A model generated the notes under the pieces. That model made no database searches and was not told where the DNA came from. It saw only the letters and a list, made by a program, of their open reading frames with translations. Position numbers and translations under genes: made by a program. Of a DNA stretch of 64,000 nt, positions 29,413 through 39,298 are shown piece by piece. The DNA lies in NCBI GenBank assembly GCA_050950505.1, contig JBMNHS010000001.1, forward strand, positions 160,001 through 224,000, written 5' to 3'. This DNA is from Candidatus Methanomethylophilaceae archaeon (lineage in GTDB: Archaea; Thermoplasmatota; Thermoplasmata; Methanomassiliicoccales; Methanomethylophilaceae). Every line of letters begins with the position of its first letter. Within the stretch, counting starts at the first letter, position 1.

Positions 29413-29952
29413 TTAAAGCAATTCTTTGGCCTCTTCCGGTTCGATTTCCAAAGCTTTCAGCATGTACTTGAGGGCTTTTTGCTTATAGGGAATCAAGGCC
29501 TTCTCGATTGCCGCAACGGCTTCCGGCGGGGCGTCTTCCGGAACATCCCCGTAAGTCGCGACGATGGTTCCGTAGTACTCGATCGCAAACTCGGAATACA
29601 GATGGGCGGCTCTCGATTCGTCCATCTCTGCCGCTTCGTTGTACAGCATTTCGGCCTGATCGAATTTGTTTACGGATATGCAGAACGCTCCGTATGCCTG
29701 ATAGTAATCCGCATTGTCGGGATCCAGCTCGCATGCCTTTTCGTAAGCTTCGATTATCTCCTCGGTCTTTATTTTCGCGCCGAACATTCCCGATGCGTAG
29801 TTGCCGCTTTCGGCACGTGCGTACCAGCATTCGGCGTCATCCGGGAATTCCTGAGTCAGTTTTTTGAACTGTGAATATGCCTTTTTGAAATCGCCTTCGT
29901 CGAACAATCTCATCGCATCGACGATTTTCTTGTGTGCAGCGTCGTTTGACAT
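29413..29952 (-). CDS. TPR protein
   Basis: TPR motifs (FPDDAECWYARA, ELDPDNADYYQAYG); start MSNDAAH. Confidence 0.85.
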   Translation of the reverse strand: MSNDAAHKKIVDAMRLFDEGDFKKAYSQFKKLTQEFPDDAECWYARAESGNYASGMFGAKIKTEEIIEAYEKACELDPDNADYYQAYGAFCISVNKFDQAEMLYNEAAEMDESRAAHLYSEFAIEYYGTIVATYGDVPEDAPPEAVAAIEKALIPYKQKALKYMLKALEIEPEEAKELL

Positions 29953-30045
29953 GTTATCGATGGATAATTGAACGACTTGCTTAAATGTTTGTCCATCGGC
30001 CGGACAAGGAATATATTGCCGGCGGATGATGACATCAAAATCATC

Positions 30046-30567
30046 ATGTACGAATTCGAACCACATCTCGAAAAGAACGGTTTCACCGTCAAGGAAATAC
30101 CGGTGCCCGCACCTTCGCCCAGAGCCGAGGAGTTCCTGGACCTGTGCAAAAGGAACATTTGCGGAGCTTATGACACGAATTGGGGGTGCCCGCCGGGAGT
30201 GGGCACCATTTCCGAAATAACCGAATCCCTGAAAATGTATTCCACAGCGTATCTCGTGAGCAAGAAATACGTACTGGACACCAAAGACCGGGATGCGATA
30301 CAGACGGCCACGGACGAAATCACCGATGCGGTCAGGGCGGCGGTGAACACCGTCAAGGACCGCACCGTCAAAGCCTTCGGCGACGGAGGGTGCAAATACT
30401 GCGGCGTCTGCACCTATCCCGACGATGAATGCCGGTATCCTTCCCAACGGATAGATTCCATAAGCAGCCACGGATTCGATATGGAAGAAATTCTGAAACA
30501 GGTGGGGGAGAAATTGGTTTTCGGGGATGACGCGATTACGCTTTACGCCCTGATTCTTGTGGAATGA
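30046..30567 (+). CDS. DUF2284 metal-binding protein
   Basis: CKRNIC..NWGCPP, GGCKYCGVC..CRYP, HGFD. Confidence 0.8.
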   Translation: MYEFEPHLEKNGFTVKEIPVPAPSPRAEEFLDLCKRNICGAYDTNWGCPPGVGTISEITESLKMYSTAYLVSKKYVLDTKDRDAIQTATDEITDAVRAAVNTVKDRTVKAFGDGGCKYCGVCTYPDDECRYPSQRIDSISSHGFDMEEILKQVGEKLVFGDDAITLYALILVE

Positions 30568-30620
30568 CTCCCGCGTCTGAAAAGATTATATCATATCCTT
30601 CCGTACGGGAAGTCTGAAAG

Positions 30621-30893
30621 ATGATGGAGAAAGATACCTTGGAAACGGTGGCACATAATGCGCACCTGAAACTCACTGAGGACGAGACGGATAAATTACA
30701 TAAGGAATTTACCGAGGTTTTGAATTATTTTTCATTGCTGGACGAAGTACCCGTGCGGAAGGTTACGAAGTTGGATCCGGTGGGTACAGCGGGTAACATA
30801 AGAAAAGATGTTCCCGGATCGAAAATCGATTCCGATGAGATTCTCAAAGGAATCGATACGTACGACGGATATGTCAGGGGGCCGAGATTATGA
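30621..30893 (+). CDS. gatC: Asp-tRNA(Asn) amidotransferase subunit C
   Basis: VAHNAHLKLT, IRKD, YVRGPRL; precedes gatA-gatB. Confidence 0.9.
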   Translation: MMEKDTLETVAHNAHLKLTEDETDKLHKEFTEVLNYFSLLDEVPVRKVTKLDPVGTAGNIRKDVPGSKIDSDEILKGIDTYDGYVRGPRL

Positions 30894-32167
30894 GTTCCCC
30901 CGATGTGTCAAAAATCAAAGAACTGAACGAAAAATACGAAATGTTCAGGGTTTTAAATTCAAATGTCATTAAAGGAGATTTTCTGTTTTCGGTCAGCGAT
31001 TCCTTTGTTACGAGCGAAGCGGACACTCTTTGCGGTTCGGAGATTCTTGAAGGATACAATCCTCCTTTCGATGCCGATTCGGTCATTGCGTTCAAGGAAG
31101 CCGGCGGTGTTCCGATCGGCAAAACGAACATGAGCGAATTCGGAACGGTTCCGTACACCAACGGCCCTTACGGGATACCGAAGAATCCTTACGATGCCGA
31201 TAGAACCTGCGGAGGTCCTTCCGCCGGTGCTGCTTGTGCCGCATCGTTGTTGGACACTGTTTCGTTAAGTCTGTCGACCTGCGGTTCTGTTCTGAATTCC
31301 GCGGCTTACTGCGGAGTGTACGGGATGGTTCCCACTTACGGGAAGGTTTCCAAAGCCGGAACGGTTGACGCGGGAAGCTCCGTGGACCGCGTGGGAGTTA
31401 TTTCGTCAAAGTCCGATGACATCGTAAAATATGCAAAAATTCTGATGGATTCCGGAGACGGAAAAAAATCACAGATCAAGACTGTCGGAATTCCCAAAGG
31501 CGTGACGGACAATGTTTCGGATGACGTTAAAAAGAACTTTGAAAGGAATCTGGAAATTTTGAAATCCCTGGGATTCGAACCGAAAACCATAGAATTGCCT
31601 TCAATGAAATACGCGGCAATCGCCTGCAGAATCCTTACCACAGCCGAAGCGTCCACAAGTATGTCCCGTTACTGCGGAATGCGGTACGGCAAACAGGACG
31701 GAGACTACACTCTTGAATCCGACGAGTTCTTCACGTCGGTGAGAACCGAACATTTCGGAACCCCGGCCAAGGAAACGATTCTTCTCGGTTCGTACATGAG
31801 AATGGACGGTACTCGGGAAAGATATTACAACAAGGCCAGAATGGTCCGCGAATTGATGATCGAAGAATATCGGTCCGCATTTAAAGAATGCGACGTTATT
31901 CTTACGCCGACCACAGAATCCGTGGCACCGCTGATTTCGGAAACATCGGAAATGACCATGGTTGAATCTTTCTCCGCCGACATATTCACCGCACCGCCGG
32001 ATTTGGCGGGAATGCCGGTTCTCTCGGTTCCCTGCGGATACGACAACGGCGGAATGCCCATGGGAATGATGCTTATCGCAAATCACAACGAAGAGAACAA
32101 ACTCTTCGATTTCTGTGAAACCTGGAACAAACAATTCGATATAGTGAAACCGGAGGCGGTTCTGTGA
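30890..32167 (+). CDS. gatA: Amidotransferase subunit A (amidase fold; catalytic triad appears degenerate)
   Basis: GSEILEGY, IGKTNM, NPYD, PTYGKVS, RYCGMRYG; lies between gatC and gatB. Confidence 0.88.
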   Translation: MSSPDVSKIKELNEKYEMFRVLNSNVIKGDFLFSVSDSFVTSEADTLCGSEILEGYNPPFDADSVIAFKEAGGVPIGKTNMSEFGTVPYTNGPYGIPKNPYDADRTCGGPSAGAACAASLLDTVSLSLSTCGSVLNSAAYCGVYGMVPTYGKVSKAGTVDAGSSVDRVGVISSKSDDIVKYAKILMDSGDGKKSQIKTVGIPKGVTDNVSDDVKKNFERNLEILKSLGFEPKTIELPSMKYAAIACRILTTAEASTSMSRYCGMRYGKQDGDYTLESDEFFTSVRTEHFGTPAKETILLGSYMRMDGTRERYYNKARMVRELMIEEYRSAFKECDVILTPTTESVAPLISETSEMTMVESFSADIFTAPPDLAGMPVLSVPCGYDNGGMPMGMMLIANHNEENKLFDFCETWNKQFDIVKPEAVL

Positions 32168-33501
32168 AAATAGGATTGGAAGTTCATGTTCAATTACCCA
32201 CGGAATCCAAACTGTTCTGTTCCTGCTCCACCGCCGAAACGGAAGAGCCCAACGCAAACGTATGTCCGGTCTGCATGGGATTTCCGGGATCGAAACCCGT
32301 AATCAACGAAAAAGCATTGGAATACGGAGTTCTGCTGGCGAAGATGCTGGGCTGCAGGATTGACGATACCACCTGGTTTGCCAGAAAGATTTACTTTTAT
32401 CCCGATAATTCAAAGAACTATCAGACCACGCAGCATGACCGTCCTTTGGGAAGAGAAGGGATGTATTACCTTAACGGCAAAAAACCCATAAGAATAACCA
32501 GAATCCATATCGAAGAAGACCCGGGCAAGACCAAAAGAGTGGGAGATTCTTCGTTGATAGATTACAACCGTTCCGGCATCCCGTTGGCTGAGATAGTGAC
32601 CGAACCGGACATAGCCACTCCGGCGGAAGCCAGAGAATTTCTGAAACAGCTAATTCAGGATATCCGTTATACGATTGATATGTCCGAGGACGAGGAACGC
32701 AGTATACGTTGCGACTGCAATATATCCGTCGGTAAAGAACGGTGCGAAGTGAAAAACGTCACCGGACTCAGAAACGTCGAAAAGGCGTTGACTTTCGAAG
32801 CCGTCCGTCAGACAAAGTTATTGAAAGCCGGCGGTAAGATTGTAAGAGAAACCCGTCATTTCGATGAGGAACGGGGAGTAACCGTTTCCGTCAGAAAGAA
32901 GGAAATGGAAGCCGATTACGGATACATCGACGAACCTGATTTGGGCGTGTTCAACGTAAAAGAACTGGTTGATTCACTTGATGTCAAAGAAAGTCCACAG
33001 AACATGATTCTGAGACTTGTTAAAGAGTACGGTATCGACGAGAAGACATCGAAACAGTACGTTTCCACCTCCGTGGATATGGCAAAACTGTTTGAAAAGC
33101 TGGTTTCGGTAACCGACGTCGAAACCGCCAGGAAATTCACATCCGGTCCTATAAGCGCGGGGTGGAGATCTTTCGAATCCGACGGTTCGAAGGACGCTGA
33201 CGAAATAGTTTCGATTGTCAAAGACTTCAAAGACAATAAAATAACGGATGTCGAAGGAAACATGAGAATCCGTTCCTACATGACCGGCGAGGACTTGGAC
33301 ACCGTATCCGCAGGCTCTTCGAATCTGGATGAATTGATTTCAGAGTTCCTTGATAAAAATCCGAACGTTATCGAAGATTACCGCAAGAACGACAAAGCCG
33401 CCAACCGCGTAATCGGTCAGGTGATGAAACAGACCGGCGGGGCTCACTCATCGTCGGATATAGTCGAAGCGACGAAACGTCTCATCGAAGAAAGACTCTG
33501 A
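32164..33501 (+). CDS. gatB: Asp-tRNA(Asn)/Glu-tRNA(Gln) amidotransferase subunit B
   Basis: IGLEVHVQL, YFYPD, IHIEED, DYNRSGIPLAEIVTEPD, EVKN, GQVMK. Confidence 0.96.
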   Translation: MKIGLEVHVQLPTESKLFCSCSTAETEEPNANVCPVCMGFPGSKPVINEKALEYGVLLAKMLGCRIDDTTWFARKIYFYPDNSKNYQTTQHDRPLGREGMYYLNGKKPIRITRIHIEEDPGKTKRVGDSSLIDYNRSGIPLAEIVTEPDIATPAEAREFLKQLIQDIRYTIDMSEDEERSIRCDCNISVGKERCEVKNVTGLRNVEKALTFEAVRQTKLLKAGGKIVRETRHFDEERGVTVSVRKKEMEADYGYIDEPDLGVFNVKELVDSLDVKESPQNMILRLVKEYGIDEKTSKQYVSTSVDMAKLFEKLVSVTDVETARKFTSGPISAGWRSFESDGSKDADEIVSIVKDFKDNKITDVEGNMRIRSYMTGEDLDTVSAGSSNLDELISEFLDKNPNVIEDYRKNDKAANRVIGQVMKQTGGAHSSSDIVEATKRLIEERL

Positions 33502-35310
33502 TTACTCTTCGTCAAAATCGAAATCGATTCCGTCAAGGGACAAAGACATAATCTGAAGTTCTTCCAGCTTCTCGTCGGGAACCTTGGTGGGCGAACCGTC
33601 AAGCAACGACGCGGATTTTCTGTTCTTCGGGAAAGCGATTACGTCACGTATCGTGTCTTTGCCCAGAAGAATGGTGATGAAACGATCCACTCCGATTGCT
33701 ATTCCTCCATGGGGCGGCGCACCGTATTCCAACGACTCCACGAAGAATCCGAATTCGTCTTCTATCTCTTCGTCGGTCTTGCCGAGAATCCTCAGAACTC
33801 CTCTTTGAATTTCGGGATCGTTTATCCTCAGTGAACCGGAACCCAATTCGTTTCCGTTCAAACACAGATCGAAGCAGGCTCCCATGCATCCGTCTTCGTT
33901 TATGTCGCCCAAAGGCTTCACGAATGGGTGGTGGAAAGCATCCTTCTTTCCCGAAATGGGGTCGGTTTCAAACATGGGACAGTCGACCAGCCAAAGGAAC
34001 TGGAAAGTTCCTTCCGGAATAAGTCCCAGATCTTCCGCTATCTTGATTCTTAGCGCGCCGCCGCCCTCGTAGGTTTGTTTCCAGGGCCCGGCTATAAGGA
34101 ACAGAATGTCCCCTTCGTCCGCGTTCAGCGCAGTCTTGATTCCTTCAAGAATTTCGGGAGTGAAATATTTTGTAATGTTGCTGGCGGGAACGCCGTTTTC
34201 GACTTTCATCCAAGTGAGTCCGCCCAATCCCGCTTTCTTGGCGTATTCGATGTAACGGTCTATGTCGTTCCGTCCGACACGTCCGCCGGAAAGTTCGGAC
34301 GTTACGTTCAATCCCGCAACGATTCCTCCGGCTTTCATGATTCTCTGGAAAATTTCGTAAGGAACGTCTTTCACGACTTCCGTCAGTTTGGTGAATTCCA
34401 AACCGTATCTCATGTCCGGTTTGTCGGTACCGAAGCGTTCCATGGCTTCGACGTAACCTATGCGCGGGAATGGAGTCTTCAGGTCGGTTCCGTAAAGACC
34501 CTTCCACAGATGAACAATCATGTTCTCGATTGTGTCCTGAATGTCTTTTTCTTCGACGAAGGACAACTCCATGTCCAATTGGGTGAACTCGGGCTGTCTG
34601 TCCTTCCTCGAATCTTCGTCTCTGAAACATCTTGCGAACTGATAGTAACGGTCAATGCCGCCCACCATCAGCATCTGTTTGAACAGCTGAGGGGATTGGG
34701 GCAGAGCGTAAAACGAACCGGGGTGAACTCTTGAGGGTACGATGTAATCCCTGGCGCCTTCCGGGGTGGATCTTGCGAGAATGGGGGTTTCCACTTCGAG
34801 GAATTTCGCCGAGTTCAGATATTCTCTGGCCAGAGTCATGAATCTGCTCCTTAAAGTCAGAGCCTCGATCATTTCGGTCCTTCTGAGGTCCAGATATCTG
34901 TACTTCATCCTCACGTCTTCGTTGGGGAGAACGTTTTCTTTCTGATCTCCGACCTCAAAGGGGGGAGTTTTGGACTTTCCGAGAACTTCTGCGTCGCGGA
35001 TGAGGACTTCCACTTCGCCGGTGGGATTTCTTGCGTCAGATGTTCCTTCGACCCTGTCCCTGACGATTCCGCTGATTGAAACCGCGGATTCCCTGGTGAA
35101 ACCTTTCATGGCGTCCGAAATGCGTTTGACCTCGGACTCGGAGGGAAGGTCTTCGGAATCGAACACCACTTGGGTGATTCCGTACCTGTCAGCCAAGTCG
35201 ATGAACGCGACTCCGCCGTGGTCCCTGGAAAACCTGACCCAGCCCTGAAGGCATACTTCTTTTCCAAGATCCGACTTCCTGAGTTCTCCGCAGGTGTGTG
35301 TCCTCTTCAT
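33502..35310 (-). CDS. aspS: Aspartyl-tRNA synthetase, bacterial type, probably non-discriminating
   Basis: MKRTHTCGEL, RDHGG, TPEGARDY, ALPQSPQ, FRDED, DRQPEFTQ, GAD insertion, YGAPPHGG. Confidence 0.96.
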   Translation of the reverse strand: MKRTHTCGELRKSDLGKEVCLQGWVRFSRDHGGVAFIDLADRYGITQVVFDSEDLPSESEVKRISDAMKGFTRESAVSISGIVRDRVEGTSDARNPTGEVEVLIRDAEVLGKSKTPPFEVGDQKENVLPNEDVRMKYRYLDLRRTEMIEALTLRSRFMTLAREYLNSAKFLEVETPILARSTPEGARDYIVPSRVHPGSFYALPQSPQLFKQMLMVGGIDRYYQFARCFRDEDSRKDRQPEFTQLDMELSFVEEKDIQDTIENMIVHLWKGLYGTDLKTPFPRIGYVEAMERFGTDKPDMRYGLEFTKLTEVVKDVPYEIFQRIMKAGGIVAGLNVTSELSGGRVGRNDIDRYIEYAKKAGLGGLTWMKVENGVPASNITKYFTPEILEGIKTALNADEGDILFLIAGPWKQTYEGGGALRIKIAEDLGLIPEGTFQFLWLVDCPMFETDPISGKKDAFHHPFVKPLGDINEDGCMGACFDLCLNGNELGSGSLRINDPEIQRGVLRILGKTDEEIEDEFGFFVESLEYGAPPHGGIAIGVDRFITILLGKDTIRDVIAFPKNRKSASLLDGSPTKVPDEKLEELQIMSLSLDGIDFDFDEE

Positions 35311-35377
35311 TTTGAATTGATCTCCAATTAAATATGAGTCAGGCTAAACATGGGAACATATAATAATTGTTGCAGTT

Positions 35378-35857
35378 TCAGCGGTTCTCTTCCTTCCCGG
35401 GAACGGGGGGAATGAAGTCAAACGGGTCCTTGGCGATTCCCAAAACGACGGCGGTGTTGGTTTTGTTCACTCCCGGCCGGGAGTTTATGAATTTCACGGT
35501 TTCCGAAAACTCGTCCCGGTCCGCACATGCAATCCACGCAATCGCGTCACTGTCCCCGGTCACGTCGAATATGCCCACAATCTGAGGGACGTTTCTCAGA
35601 TCTTCGAGAACGTCCGGCAGACTGTCGGCGTAGATGTGGACGATTCCCATGTAATCGAATCCGAGCTTCATGTAATCCACTTTCGCCCGGTATCCTTTGA
35701 TCACTTCTTTCGATTCGAGATTTTTCACTCTCTGGATTAAAGTAGTCGGGTGCACCCCCAGTTGTTTGGCCAGCTGCCGGTAGGAGCCTTGGCTGGATTT
35801 GCACATCATGTCGATTATGCGCCTGTCAAGCTCATCCATGTCTTTCAATTCCGGCAT
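35378..35857 (-). CDS. Lrp/AsnC family transcriptional regulator
   Basis: DELDRRII, HTH LAKQLGVHPTT, DVTGDSD RAM domain. Confidence 0.92.
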   Translation of the reverse strand: MPELKDMDELDRRIIDMMCKSSQGSYRQLAKQLGVHPTTLIQRVKNLESKEVIKGYRAKVDYMKLGFDYMGIVHIYADSLPDVLEDLRNVPQIVGIFDVTGDSDAIAWIACADRDEFSETVKFINSRPGVNKTNTAVVLGIAKDPFDFIPPVPGKEENR

Positions 35858-35924
35858 TTTGCACCCTCATCCGTAGAAATCCGTTCCGTATATTTATTAG
35901 ATAACGACTGTTTCATGGATATAC

Positions 35925-37109
35925 ATGACGGACGAATTGTTCAGACACGACGGGTACCAATCCGAATTCGAAGCCAAAGTCGTCTCCGTCGAAGGAGACC
36001 TTGTAGTATTGAACCGAACCGCGTTCTACCCCGGAGGAGGGGGACAGGTCTGCGATATCGGGGACATAAACGGAATCGGAGTGACCGAAGTGTTCAGAAA
36101 CGGGAAAGGCGGAATCGTCCACAAAGTCCCCGGACACGATTTCCGGGAGGGGGACGCGGTCTGGGGAAGCGTGGATTGGGAAAGGCGTTTCGATCTGATG
36201 AAGGGACACACCGGAGAACACATTCTCTTCGGTTCCCTGAAACGGGAGATTCCCGATCTTACAATAGGAAAAATATTCATTTCGCCGGAAAACAAGTACG
36301 TCGTGGTTGAAGGGAACGTGGATTGGGACACCGTGGAAAAAGCGGTGAAGACCGCCAACGGAATCATAAGGGAAAACCTGACGGTGTCCAGAGTCATCAT
36401 GGACCGTGACGATCCCGAACTCAAAAACAAAGTGAGAATAAAATTGGAAAACATTCCCGAAGACGAGGAAGTGACCGTAACCGCCATCGGGGATTTCGAT
36501 TACTCCGCCTGCAGCGGAGTGCACGTAATGGAAACCTCCGAATTGGGAATGCTGTTTGTGGACCGTGTCGTGTCCGCCGGAAAGGAGGGCACGTCGGTTC
36601 ATTTCAAAGTGGGCGACGATGCATCGGACGCTGCCTTGAAGCTTGCATACGTTACTTTGAAAACCTCGGACGCCGCCGACAGCAAACCGGAAGATCTTGA
36701 GAAAGCCGTGACGAACATGAAAAAGGACGTCCTGAACTTCGGAAAATCCCTGAAGGGGATGACCGAGGCCCTGCTTTTCGGATTGGAACCCGAAACCGTC
36801 AACGGCGTGAAAATATACGGAACGGTTCTTCCCGGCGCCGACCGCAAAGCCGTATCCGAAGCCGCCGAAAGAATAATGGAAGAAGGGAACGTATTCGTTT
36901 CGGTGTCCGCGGGAGAGAACGTTTCGGCGGTGTTGGCTTCCGGCAAGGATTCCGTCGACTGCAGAAAGATACTTTCCGAATCCCTGGAGAAATTCAACGG
37001 AAGGGGGGGAGGCAAACCCGACTTTGCGCAGGGAGGGATACCGAATCCCGAAGACGCGGAGGAACTGTTGAACGTCATGATGGAATACGTAAGGTCCGCC
37101 GTCGGATAA
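35925..37109 (+). CDS. Alanyl-tRNA editing protein (AlaX) with DHHA1 domain
   Basis: TAFYPGGGGQ, HTGEH, CSGVH zinc ligands, GGGKPDFAQGG. Confidence 0.9.
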   Translation: MTDELFRHDGYQSEFEAKVVSVEGDLVVLNRTAFYPGGGGQVCDIGDINGIGVTEVFRNGKGGIVHKVPGHDFREGDAVWGSVDWERRFDLMKGHTGEHILFGSLKREIPDLTIGKIFISPENKYVVVEGNVDWDTVEKAVKTANGIIRENLTVSRVIMDRDDPELKNKVRIKLENIPEDEEVTVTAIGDFDYSACSGVHVMETSELGMLFVDRVVSAGKEGTSVHFKVGDDASDAALKLAYVTLKTSDAADSKPEDLEKAVTNMKKDVLNFGKSLKGMTEALLFGLEPETVNGVKIYGTVLPGADRKAVSEAAERIMEEGNVFVSVSAGENVSAVLASGKDSVDCRKILSESLEKFNGRGGGKPDFAQGGIPNPEDAEELLNVMMEYVRSAVG

Positions 37110-37156
37110 GATTCGGCAATATTTAATTAAAGAAACCGATTATGGGTGTACGTGTT

Positions 37157-37513
37157 ATGCAGAGAATGAATCCGCGTCAGATGAAACAAGCCATGAAGAA
37201 GATGGGAATCACCCAATCCGAACTTCCCGATGTTTCAGAAGTAATTATCAGAACCAAAGACAATGAGATTGTGATGAACGGTCCTCAGGTGGTATGTGTG
37301 GAAATGGGCGGTACGAAATCGTACCAGATTTCCGGCACTGAAATCACGAGACCCCTGACCGGATCTTCCGAAGACGAAGGTCCGCAGTTGCCTGAAGAAG
37401 ACATCGAACTGGTGATGTCGCAGACCGGATGCACCAGGGAGAAGGCCATTGAGGCCTTGGAGGCCGTCGACGGACAGCCCGCGGAAGCAATAATAAAGAT
37501 AGTATCGGAGTGA
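37157..37513 (+). CDS. nac: Nascent polypeptide-associated complex protein
   Basis: MNPRQMKQAMKKMGI, SYQI, C-terminal UBA-like EEDIELVMSQTG. Confidence 0.93.
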   Translation: MQRMNPRQMKQAMKKMGITQSELPDVSEVIIRTKDNEIVMNGPQVVCVEMGGTKSYQISGTEITRPLTGSSEDEGPQLPEEDIELVMSQTGCTREKAIEALEAVDGQPAEAIIKIVSE

Positions 37514-37519
37514 TTTGAA

Positions 37520-37750
37520 ATGTGTTTGGCATTGCCCGGCAAAGTTGTGAAGATTGACGGCGAAAACGCCGATGTGGATTTCGGAGGCGTAATCAGACAA
37601 ACCAACGTGGCGATGGTCGAGGTGGAAGTCGGTCAGTGGGTCGTCATCCACGCCGGATTCGCCATAGAGGTCATGGACGAGGAAGAAGCCCGGGATACGA
37701 TTGCGCTCTGGAACGAAGTTCTCAGCCATGATGAGGTTTCTTACGAGTAA
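37520..37750 (+). CDS. hypC: Hydrogenase maturation chaperone HypC
   Basis: MCLALPGKV, VDFGG, IHAGFAI. Confidence 0.96.
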   Translation: MCLALPGKVVKIDGENADVDFGGVIRQTNVAMVEVEVGQWVVIHAGFAIEVMDEEEARDTIALWNEVLSHDEVSYE

Positions 37751-37967
37751 GACCGTAAGAAACAAAAAATATCTTCCGGGGCCTTAGCCCCGCGGAATTG
37801 GTTGGTTTGATTTCCGAATCCGCATGTTGCGATTTGTTGAATTTTTATGAAACGGTTTCGGCAAACACGTTTTCGATGAGACGGTTATGCGGTATATCAC
37901 ATCATAAGTCACATGATTGGCATCCAATACCGACAAAGGATATAATCCGACGGAATACTCGCCGTTC

Positions 37968-38555
37968 ATGGTACTGATACTTGACAATTTCAAAGGCGGT
38001 CCTCCGTGCAAATTCTCGGATTCCGATGTTTTGTTTCTTCTGGACTGCTTGGCGGACGGCAAACGTGTCAGCAGAATGGATATTTCCAAATATCTGGGAA
38101 TCGGCGAGGGCAGCGTGCGCAAATTGATTGAATTGTTGAGGGAGAACAACATGGTGGAGACCCACCAGACGGGCACCACAATCAAACCTTACGGCCTCAG
38201 GCTGTTGGAAACACTTGACATAAGATCCGTTTCCTTGAACGTCGGAGGCTATGTGGTCGGACGTTATCAGCAGGGAGTTGTCGTGAAAGACATGGCTGAA
38301 AAAGTATTCAACGGAATAGCCCAGAGGAACGCCGGAATAAGAGCGGGAGGCGAGGGCTGCACCACCTGGATTATGGACCGGGGCAGTCTGCTGATGATGC
38401 CCGCATGGGACGTGGACAAGAACGATCCCATATTATCGATGAAAATACGAAAATCCGTCAAACTGAATGACGGGGACGTACTGATTATCGGAGGCGGGGA
38501 CACAAAGCGTTTCGCCAGATTGGCGGCCGGAAGCGCCGCCCTGGAACTTGTCTGA
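37968..38555 (+). CDS. Winged-helix protein (DUF4443/DUF2111-like putative regulator)
   Basis: SRMDISKYLGIGEGSVRKL HTH; GIAQRNAGIRAG C-terminal domain. Confidence 0.7.
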   Translation: MVLILDNFKGGPPCKFSDSDVLFLLDCLADGKRVSRMDISKYLGIGEGSVRKLIELLRENNMVETHQTGTTIKPYGLRLLETLDIRSVSLNVGGYVVGRYQQGVVVKDMAEKVFNGIAQRNAGIRAGGEGCTTWIMDRGSLLMMPAWDVDKNDPILSMKIRKSVKLNDGDVLIIGGGDTKRFARLAAGSAALELV

Positions 38556-38617
38556 ACCGGATTGACGGATTCGCGGCACTTTGCCGAATCCTTGAAGTTT
38601 CCGACGCGTCCGGACCC

Positions 38618-39190
38618 TCATAGGCGGGGGGACACTTTCGTTTCGATTTCACTCTTTACGACGGATATCACTTTGAACAGGGGCAGTCCCAGATCCGAAG
38701 CTATGGCCACGCATCCTTTGCCCTTTTCATATCTTTCCACGATGCTTTTCTTGTTGAAAGATGGAGCGTCTTCGTCACGGATTGTGATATCGAGCGATTT
38801 GGGTTCTTCGGCCCACCTTGTGGAATTGCAGCTCGGACATCTTGCCGGACCTTCCTTTTTCCTTGAGATCCATTTGTGGCTGCATACGTTGCATTTACAC
38901 TTGAGGGAGGGTTTGTTCCATGCGTAAGATCCGCATTTCGGGCACTTTGACGGTGTTTCGATTCTGTTGTACCATGCGTAATTGCATCTGTTGCACATCA
39001 GTCTGGATTTTTCGTCTTCGTCTTCGTCTTCCTTGACATAAAATTTGTTGTTGCAGTGAGGACATACGCATTCTCCGTTTGTCACATGCACAACGTCCAT
39101 GTTCAACATCGGTGGCTGCAGCTTCGTCGATTTCAACGGGGATGACAGATTATCCCCCGAATCATGTATTGAGTCATTTGAGTTGGACAT
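38618..39190 (-). CDS. Zinc-ribbon repeat protein with C-terminal HTH
   Basis: Two CxxC-x3-W...CPxCxSxxW ribbons plus CPHC; YEKGKGCVAIASDLGLPLFKV HTH. Confidence 0.75.
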   Translation of the reverse strand: MSNSNDSIHDSGDNLSSPLKSTKLQPPMLNMDVVHVTNGECVCPHCNNKFYVKEDEDEDEKSRLMCNRCNYAWYNRIETPSKCPKCGSYAWNKPSLKCKCNVCSHKWISRKKEGPARCPSCNSTRWAEEPKSLDITIRDEDAPSFNKKSIVERYEKGKGCVAIASDLGLPLFKVISVVKSEIETKVSPRL

Positions 39191-39298
39191 ATAATCCAAT
39201 AAGCGTTTGATATACAAATAGCATTTTATGGAATTTTATGGACAATTAAACAGTTATATTGAGTTATCATTGTAAAATATGCGACGAGCCGTGAAACA

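Noticed and set aside
29953-30471. N-terminal extension of the TPR ORF to 352 aa
   Set aside because: Overlaps the DUF2284 gene in antisense; the real start is probably 29952
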